The notes under the pieces are model-generated. The model was not told the DNA's origin and made no database searches. It saw only the letters and a list, made by a program, of their open reading frames with translations. DNA of 42,232 nt from Planctomycetales bacterium (GTDB lineage: Bacteria; 4484-113): positions 1 to 42,232 of the forward strand of contig JBBIRS010000011.1 of assembly GCA_037441675.1 (NCBI GenBank), given 5' to 3'. Shown here piece after piece: positions 35,983-42,232 of this stretch; positions within the stretch are counted from its first letter, which is position 1; each line of letters begins with the position of its first letter. The position numbers were made by a program, and so were the translations under genes.

Positions 35983-37800
35983 CTAGAGTAGCCTAATATC
36001 CGATGCGCCGATTCTAATTACATCACCATTGCTGAGGCTTCTCAACTCTCCAGCTGGAATTTTCACCCCGTTCACATAAGTTCCATTGGTGCTTCCCAGG
36101 TCTTCTATCATTACATTTAGAACTTCGTTATTTGCGCCAAATCTTAGATGAAATTTGGCGTGTTTCCTACTTACCATTCTATCCTCTGAGAAGAGTATAT
36201 CCGCGTCAACTCTCCCTACGCTTAACCCGTCCTTAAGGTCAAAGCTATACCCGCTATGAGGACCACTTGAAACAACCGCACTACTTGGCGGTACTTTCGA
36301 AGCCAATCCATCATCTACCACAGATCTGCCTGCCAAGGCGCTAGTCGACTCCTCTCCCGCAGAAATAAGCTCCTCCAAGCTTACCTCCACTTTAGCCTTT
36401 GGAAGTCTTCTCTCATGCATTATTACTCGCGTGTTTCCTACCATGAACTCGCTCTTATCAGTAAGTTTTCCCGACTTCATAGGAACGCCATTGATAAGAG
36501 GTAAGTTGTCCTCACTAAGCGCTCTTATAACAAAACCATCCTTTGTAAGCCTAATTTCAGCATGATGAGGCAAGACGCCGGGATCGTGTCTAATCCTCAC
36601 ATTACAATCCTCCGCACGACCAATTAGATTTACATCTCCGCTAAGCGCAAAATCTTTCCCTTCCAGAGGTGCAATCATGACAGTTACCCACGCGGCGCGC
36701 ATAAATTTGGAGAACGTAAGTATCACTAGAATGATGAAAACAATAACCGCAATGAGAATACCTGGCCAAGCAAGCCTAGCGAGGACACTTCCAAGTCCCG
36801 GTGAGCGAAAGATAAATCTAGCGTTTGCTTTCCCTCCGCCACCACTAACATTTACCTTACCTTCTATGAGCGCACCCTTTCGCCTTTCCTGGCTTTCATA
36901 CGCGATTATGTATTCGCTTAGAATTTGTTCCAATATTGTTTGATATATTCCTTTAAGCTCCTGAGCAGTGGGTGTGTGGAAAAATCTTCCGCCTGTCATA
37001 TCCGCAATCATAGCAAGCCCTTGAACATCTATTTCCTCACCAAGCCCGAGAGTAAATATGGAGAAGCTTTGATTCTTCTCAAGAACATCTTTTTTGTAAA
37101 AATCTGCTACTGAAATTGAGGACTCAACGCTTCTATTATCAAGACCGTCGGAAAGTACTATTATCGCTTTCCTCACCCTACCCTCGCTAAGCATAAGGGA
37201 GATTCCCTGATAAATAGCGTCATACAAGCGCGTTTGCCCCATAGCATAAAGATGTTTTAGTGTCTCCAGAAGTTGTCCCTTGTCAGGCGAAAATTCTCTC
37301 TCAATTATCACCGCGTCAGAGAACTTCACCAAAGCGACACGGTCAATATCACTCAAATTGCTTATAAACTCTTTAACAGCCTCAATTTCATCGTCTAGAG
37401 CATCTTGCATAGACCCGCTAACATCAATTATAAAAAGGATAGAAAGAGGAAGGTTTTCCAGCTCTTCGTCCGCAAAACGAAAGTTCTCAATCTTTTTGTT
37501 ATTTTCAAGGATTTCAAAATTTTCAAATTTAAGATTCTTCAGCGGGATACCGCGATAATCGGAAACCGAGACAAACAACCTAACAGTGGGGAAATCTTCT
37601 AAGTCAAACTGTGCAACTCTAGCATCCTCTACCCTTAACTCCTGCATAATAGGCGAAGGTTGGCTTGGGAGACTATTCTGAACACCTTGTGAAGAATTTT
37701 GTCCCTGCTGACCTAGTGTCATTGGGGGAGACTGCAGTAGAAAACTTAGGCATAGTCCTATACTAGTCAAACCGATACGAGTTTTCAATTTATGATACAT
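35983..37800 (-). CDS. Signal peptide + VWA + TM + two FHA domains
   Basis: MIDAS IIDVSGSM / GQTRLYDA / LSDGLDN; TM WPGILIAVIVFIILVILTF; FHA motifs LIGR...HAEI and VGR...VSRKHA...DLGSTNGTYVNG. Confidence 0.88.
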   Translation of the reverse strand: MYHKLKTRIGLTSIGLCLSFLLQSPPMTLGQQGQNSSQGVQNSLPSQPSPIMQELRVEDARVAQFDLEDFPTVRLFVSVSDYRGIPLKNLKFENFEILENNKKIENFRFADEELENLPLSILFIIDVSGSMQDALDDEIEAVKEFISNLSDIDRVALVKFSDAVIIEREFSPDKGQLLETLKHLYAMGQTRLYDAIYQGISLMLSEGRVRKAIIVLSDGLDNRSVESSISVADFYKKDVLEKNQSFSIFTLGLGEEIDVQGLAMIADMTGGRFFHTPTAQELKGIYQTILEQILSEYIIAYESQERRKGALIEGKVNVSGGGGKANARFIFRSPGLGSVLARLAWPGILIAVIVFIILVILTFSKFMRAAWVTVMIAPLEGKDFALSGDVNLIGRAEDCNVRIRHDPGVLPHHAEIRLTKDGFVIRALSEDNLPLINGVPMKSGKLTDKSEFMVGNTRVIMHERRLPKAKVEVSLEELISAGEESTSALAGRSVVDDGLASKVPPSSAVVSSGPHSGYSFDLKDGLSVGRVDADILFSEDRMVSRKHAKFHLRFGANNEVLNVMIEDLGSTNGTYVNGVKIPAGELRSLSNGDVIRIGASDIRLL

Positions 37801-37913
37801 TTTACATCTCAAATTCTACCGCAATCTAAGAGAAAACATACCATTAGTGTTATGCACAATTAAACTTGTTATAATTACTAAAGTAAAACTTGAATCAGAG
37901 TAAAGACTAAATT

Positions 37914-38975
37914 ATGGACGAAAGTGGAAGTAAGATTTCTACTAAAGGGCTTACATATGAAGCCGCAGGGGTCTCTATTCATAAAGCTGAAGAAGCGATA
38001 GAACGCATCAAGAACTTAGCTGAGAAAACTAGGACTGCGCATGTATTAGATGGCATTGGACCCTTTGGAGCGTCCTTTCAGGCTAGTTTCGGTGATATGC
38101 AAGAGCCAATACTTGTGGCGACAACGGATGGCGTTGGAACTAAGGTCAAACTGGCTAGCACTTTCAAAACATACAAGAACATTGGCTATGACCTTGTTGC
38201 AGTAAACGTAAATGACATAATTACAACCGGTGCATATCCACTGTTCTTCTTAGACTATATCTCATGCCACCAAGTTATCCCTGATGTTTTAATTGAAATC
38301 GCAGAAGGCATAACGGATGGGTGCTTAGAGTGCAATGCTGCACTAATCGGCGGAGAGATCTCAGAGATGCGAGATGTTTACCTTCCGGGCGAGTTTGACC
38401 TTGCTGGCTTTATGGTTGGAGTGGTAGACAAGAATGACCGCATCACTGGAAATAGTATTAACTGTGGCGATGTAGTATTAGCTCTCGCATCAAGTGGAAT
38501 ACACGCGAATGGATTCACCCTCGTAAGAAGAATTTTCGCTAACTTAAATGTCTCCGAATGGAACAGCTACATACCTGAGCTAGGCGAAACGCTTAGCGAG
38601 GCTGTTCTTAGACCTACTAAAATGTATATTAAAGAGCTAGAAAATCTCCGAGAGTTTGGATTGGAATTGAAGGGAATTGCACATGTCAGTGGAGGCGGAA
38701 TTTGTGGAAACTTGTCTAGGATACTTCCCGCTGGCGCAGGCGCCACTATTCGCACCTCTTACATTGATACTCCTCCTATATTCAACTATATCCGTAATCA
38801 AGGTCAGATTGATGATGATGAAATGTGGCGTGTATTTAATATGGGTGTTGGGATGTTAATAGTTTTGAATCAGGAACAATGTGAACAAGCATTATACTGT
38901 GCTCGTGAAAACGACTTTTCCCTCAAGATAGTCGGCGAGATAGTTGAGGGAAATAGAGAAGTAACACTTATTTAA
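37914..38975 (+). CDS. purM: Phosphoribosylformylglycinamidine cyclo-ligase (AIR synthase)
   Basis: YEAAGV, TDGVGTK, PLFFLDY, LIGGEISEM, SSGIHANG and FNMGVGM. Confidence 0.97.
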   Translation: MDESGSKISTKGLTYEAAGVSIHKAEEAIERIKNLAEKTRTAHVLDGIGPFGASFQASFGDMQEPILVATTDGVGTKVKLASTFKTYKNIGYDLVAVNVNDIITTGAYPLFFLDYISCHQVIPDVLIEIAEGITDGCLECNAALIGGEISEMRDVYLPGEFDLAGFMVGVVDKNDRITGNSINCGDVVLALASSGIHANGFTLVRRIFANLNVSEWNSYIPELGETLSEAVLRPTKMYIKELENLREFGLELKGIAHVSGGGICGNLSRILPAGAGATIRTSYIDTPPIFNYIRNQGQIDDDEMWRVFNMGVGMLIVLNQEQCEQALYCARENDFSLKIVGEIVEGNREVTLI

Positions 38976-38985
38976 CTTTTCACTC

Positions 38986-39023
38986 TGATAGAGTCATAAT
39001 ACTTTGATTGAGTCATAATATTT
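38986..39023 (+). repeat. 19-bp tandem direct repeat (17/19 identical) upstream of a lipoprotein gene
   Basis: tgatagagtcataatactt followed by tgattgagtcataatattt. Confidence 0.85.
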
Positions 39024-39047
39024 ATCTTGTAAATGGAGGTACTTGTT

Positions 39048-39431
39048 ATGAGAGTTTTGAGGTTGATGTTTGTAGTCTTCACAATTCTACCGTTTATCAT
39101 TGGTTGTGAACTGCTCAAGGCAGCATCAGAGAAAATACCATCAATGATTAAAGTCCAAGTAGTGGACGACGCTGATATCCCATACGGGTATGTTACTGTC
39201 TCTCTTATTGACTCAAATGGAAGGGTGGCGGTTGCAGGACCAGCAAATGAGAGAGGTTCACTCCTCTTGAAGGATGGTATTAAAGCAGGAACTTATACCT
39301 TTGTTGTAAAAAATGCTACCGGTACTGAGCTGGAGGTAATTGAACCAACTTCAATTAAAGTTAGACCCGGAAAAACAGTTGAGGTTGTTATAAAAGTAAA
39401 ACGGGTCATAGCGGAAAGCCAATTTGATTAG
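39048..39431 (+). CDS. Small lipoprotein with a carboxypeptidase-regulatory-like beta-sandwich
   Basis: GGAGGT RBS before ATG 39048, lipobox IIGC, and VTVSL...G...AGTYTFVV pattern. Confidence 0.75.
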   Translation: MRVLRLMFVVFTILPFIIGCELLKAASEKIPSMIKVQVVDDADIPYGYVTVSLIDSNGRVAVAGPANERGSLLLKDGIKAGTYTFVVKNATGTELEVIEPTSIKVRPGKTVEVVIKVKRVIAESQFD

Positions 39432-39547
39432 CTTTATTCTTGAGATAGAGATAAGAATTGGCTTACTATTGCTTTCAAAGTTGTAGTGCTCAATGAATAA
39501 ATCCTAAGGTATATGAGTTCTCTGGCTAAGTTTGTTAAATAATTCAC

Positions 39548-39576
39548 TTGACAATAAGAGAGTTCTACGATACCTT
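39548..39576 (+). promoter_or_regulatory. Sigma70-type promoter upstream of tdh
   Basis: TTGACA-N17-TACCTT. Confidence 0.55.
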
Positions 39577-39652
39577 AAATAAAGGGTGCAATATCCTCTT
39601 TGAAGCTTTTATACTTGCTTTTGCGCCCAGCTCCACTTTTCAGGAGGGATTT

Positions 39653-40633
39653 ATGTCTAATATCCAGCGAATCATCGTAACAGGTGCGGTAGGGCAAATT
39701 GGAAGTGAGCTGACGCTTGCACTGAGGGAGAGGTATGGGGCTGATAATGTTATCGCTGGGGGTCATAGAACAGAGCCTTCGCCAAAGCTAAAAGAATCTG
39801 GTCCTTTTGTGTGGTGCGATGTTGTTAATCGTGAAGAACTGATGAACACCGTTAAAGACTACAAAATTGACACGATAATCAATATGTCCGCCATTCTTTC
39901 TGCCAAGGGTGAAGAAAACCCCCAGGCGTGCTGGAACGTGAACTTAAACGGTTTGATAAACTGCCTTGAGGTTGCGCGGGAGCTTGAGCTTAAGCAAGTT
40001 CTCTGCCCATCCAGCATTGCTGTTTTTGGGCCTACAACTCCAAAAGATAATACACCTCAGGAAACAATCCTAAAGCCAACCACAATGTACGGAGTAACCA
40101 AGGTGGCGGGGGAGCTACTTTGCGATTATTATGTTAAACGCTATGGTGTTGATGCAAGAGGATTAAGATACCCCGGCATTATCTCTTCGGAGACGCTACC
40201 GGGTGGAGGAACAACTGATTACGCTGTTTGGATTTTTTACAAAGCTATTGAAGAGGGAAAGTACTCCTGTTTCCTAAAGGAAGATACAATGCTTCCCATG
40301 ATGTATATGCCAGATTGCATCAAGGCGACGATGGATTTGATGGAAGCGCCAATTGAGAAGCTCCGCTATCATGGCGATTACAACATCTCCGCGTTTAGCT
40401 TCACTCCTGCGGAGCTGGCAAACGAGATTAAAAAGCGCATACCTAATTTTGAGATGTCCTACGAAATTGACCCTCTCAGACAGGCAATTGCGGACAGTTG
40501 GCCAAGAAGCATTGATGATACGCCTGCGCGGGAGGATTGGAGCTGGAAGCCAGCTTATGACCTAGGCGCGATGGTGGACGATATGCTAGAAAAACTCCGC
40601 ACTAGGCATGAAGAGGGCAGACTCTATGGGTAG
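39653..40633 (+). CDS. tdh: L-threonine 3-dehydrogenase, SDR/epimerase type
   Basis: TGAVGQIG, AILSAKGE, PSSIAVFG, MYGVTK, PGGGTTDYAV and IADSWP. CAGGAGG RBS before ATG 39653; adjacent to kbl. Confidence 0.92.
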   Translation: MSNIQRIIVTGAVGQIGSELTLALRERYGADNVIAGGHRTEPSPKLKESGPFVWCDVVNREELMNTVKDYKIDTIINMSAILSAKGEENPQACWNVNLNGLINCLEVARELELKQVLCPSSIAVFGPTTPKDNTPQETILKPTTMYGVTKVAGELLCDYYVKRYGVDARGLRYPGIISSETLPGGGTTDYAVWIFYKAIEEGKYSCFLKEDTMLPMMYMPDCIKATMDLMEAPIEKLRYHGDYNISAFSFTPAELANEIKKRIPNFEMSYEIDPLRQAIADSWPRSIDDTPAREDWSWKPAYDLGAMVDDMLEKLRTRHEEGRLYG

Positions 40634-40749
40634 AGAAGACGAAAAGTTAAGCTATATAAGTTAGCCAGACGAACTCACATTTCTAAGATTACAAGCAATG
40701 GAAAGCGTAGAATAAGTCTGAAACTTGGAATATATTTAGGAGGAGACTT

Positions 40750-41982
40750 ATGCTTGGAGCATTCAAGGAGATTTTACAGAAGCAATTGGACGAAATCAGA
40801 AGTGCGGGTCTTTACAAGGAAGAGCGCATAATCATCACGCCCCAGGGGGCTGAGATAAAAGTCGCAGGTAATGGCGGTAAGGAAGTCCTTAACTTTTGTG
40901 CCAATAACTACCTCGGTCTTGGCAATCACCCCGAACTAATCAAAGCCGCCAAGGAAGGCTTGGACACCCATGGTTACGGGATGAGCTCGGTTCGCTTCAT
41001 CTGCGGAACTCAGGACGCCCACAAGATGCTGGAAGACAAACTTACCAAATTCCTCGGCACCGAAGACACTATCCTTTACTCCTCCTGCTTTGACGCGAAC
41101 GGTGGGCTTTTTGAGGCTATTCTCACCGACCAGGATGCGGTTATCACCGATAGACTGAATCACGCCTCCATTATTGACGGTATCCGTCTATGCAAAGCTC
41201 AGCGTTTCATTTACGAGCATAACGATATGAAAGACTTGGAGGCAAAACTGAAGGAGACGCAGAACCTCCGCGCAAGGATGATTGCCACCGATGGAGTTTT
41301 CTCAATGGATGGAGACGTGGCACGGCTTGACGAAATCTGCGAGCTTGCGGACAAGCACAGCGCAATGGTTATGATTGACGATAGCCACGCCACTGGCTTT
41401 ATGGGCAAGACGGGACGTGGCTCCCATGAGTATCGTGGAGTAATGGGTAGAATTGACATTATCACTACGACGCTTGGCAAAGCTCTCGGCGGAGCAAGTG
41501 GCGGTTGCACCAGTGGAAGAAAAGAGATTGTTGAAACTCTTCGTCAGCGTTCTCGTCCATATCTTTTCAGCAACACTGTCCCTCCGTCTATTATTTACGG
41601 CGCTATGAAGGTTATTGACCTTCTCTCAGAATCCACACACCTGCGCGACAAGCTGGAGAAGAACACTCGCTACTTCCGTGAGAAAATGACGCAGGCGGGC
41701 TTTGACATCAAGCCCGGCGACCACCCCATTGTGCCAATAATGCTTTATAACGCAAAGCTGGCACAGGATATGGCGAGGGACTTGCTTGCTGAGGGAATTT
41801 ACGTGATTGGCTTTAGCTATCCGGTGGTTCCCAAAGGCGAGGCTAGAATTCGGGTTCAGGTTTCCGCCGCCCATGAAATGGAGCATCTGGACAGAGCCAT
41901 CTCCGCATTCACAAAGGTTGGCGGGAAGTACGACATCCTAGGCAAGAGTAAGGACGAAATCGTGGCGAAGTATGGTCTGTAG
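40750..41982 (+). CDS. kbl: Glycine C-acetyltransferase (2-amino-3-ketobutyrate CoA ligase)
   Basis: [43 protein letters not shown] and RSRPYLFSN. Confidence 0.97.
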   Translation: MLGAFKEILQKQLDEIRSAGLYKEERIIITPQGAEIKVAGNGGKEVLNFCANNYLGLGNHPELIKAAKEGLDTHGYGMSSVRFICGTQDAHKMLEDKLTKFLGTEDTILYSSCFDANGGLFEAILTDQDAVITDRLNHASIIDGIRLCKAQRFIYEHNDMKDLEAKLKETQNLRARMIATDGVFSMDGDVARLDEICELADKHSAMVMIDDSHATGFMGKTGRGSHEYRGVMGRIDIITTTLGKALGGASGGCTSGRKEIVETLRQRSRPYLFSNTVPPSIIYGAMKVIDLLSESTHLRDKLEKNTRYFREKMTQAGFDIKPGDHPIVPIMLYNAKLAQDMARDLLAEGIYVIGFSYPVVPKGEARIRVQVSAAHEMEHLDRAISAFTKVGGKYDILGKSKDEIVAKYGL

Positions 41983-42048
41983 TTTCTCTGAACTCCGCAC
42001 GTGCGCGTCCTCAGCTCTATCTTCCTGTAAGCCTGCGAGCCTGCGAAC

Positions 42049-42107
42049 TGTAGTGCTGAGGGCTTGCCCCCTCAGTCGTTGCTGTAGGGCGGGGTTTTAT
42101 ACCCCGC
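42049..42107 (+). repeat. Two tandem GTAG-type REP-like palindromes downstream of kbl
   Basis: TGTAG-TG-CTGAGGG-CTTG-CCCCCTCAG and TGTAG-GGCGGGG-TTTTATA-CCCCGC. Confidence 0.65.
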
Positions 42108-42232
42108 TGAATTAGGAGTCATACAAGTTGACGCCATGCCTATTGCGGGCAAGCTTAAAGGGAATCTCGGCGCGATCCAAGTTCGCCCCCCCAACTTGGA
42201 AATACCGTGTCATTTACGCGCCAAAAGGCGTC

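Noticed and set aside
39555..39650. Glycine riboswitch before tdh-kbl (ends in CTTTTCAGG)
   Set aside because: No GGAGA...CCGAAG core, and the CAGG is part of the Shine-Dalgarno.
1..42232. CRISPR array, rRNA, prophage, transposase, retron or DGR
   Set aside because: I saw no regularly spaced repeats, cas genes, reverse transcriptase, phage structural genes or transposase motifs by eye.

Overview
Bacterial chromosomal window, moderately AT-rich, from a probably diderm and poorly characterised lineage (it encodes a likely outer-membrane beta-barrel and several lipoproteins). Most of it is housekeeping or metabolic: tyrS, aroK-aroB-mpg, class I fumarase alpha subunit, an isocitrate dehydrogenase-family gene, tRNA-Pro(TGG), a divergent YchF, pdp, a queuosine-precursor transporter, yebC-ruvC-ruvA, purM and tdh(SDR)-kbl. 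Between these are signalling and envelope genes: GAF-GGDEF, TlpA plus a DUF6029-like barrel, S8 and M28 peptidases, a pentapeptide-K+ channel fusion, a CPA2 antiporter and a VWA-TM-FHA-FHA protein. Reading beyond the ORF track shows four decayed genes (PKD/beta-propeller, DUF488, class III cyclase, and an ORF between ruvC and ruvA), a 36-aa CxxC/CxxC micro-ORF, dispersed GTAG-type REP-like palindromes, and about nine genes that look leaderless (-10 box 6-8 nt before the start codon). The best novelty candidates are a protein with three tandem pseudopilin-head-like repeats, a modular dockerin-like/PKD surface lipoprotein family, the VWA-TM-FHA-FHA protein, and an orphan CcrM-like methyltransferase with a tandem GANTC-containing promoter repeat elsewhere in the window. 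I saw no CRISPR array, integrase, transposase, rRNA or clear defence island. All family assignments come from motif recognition, not database searches.
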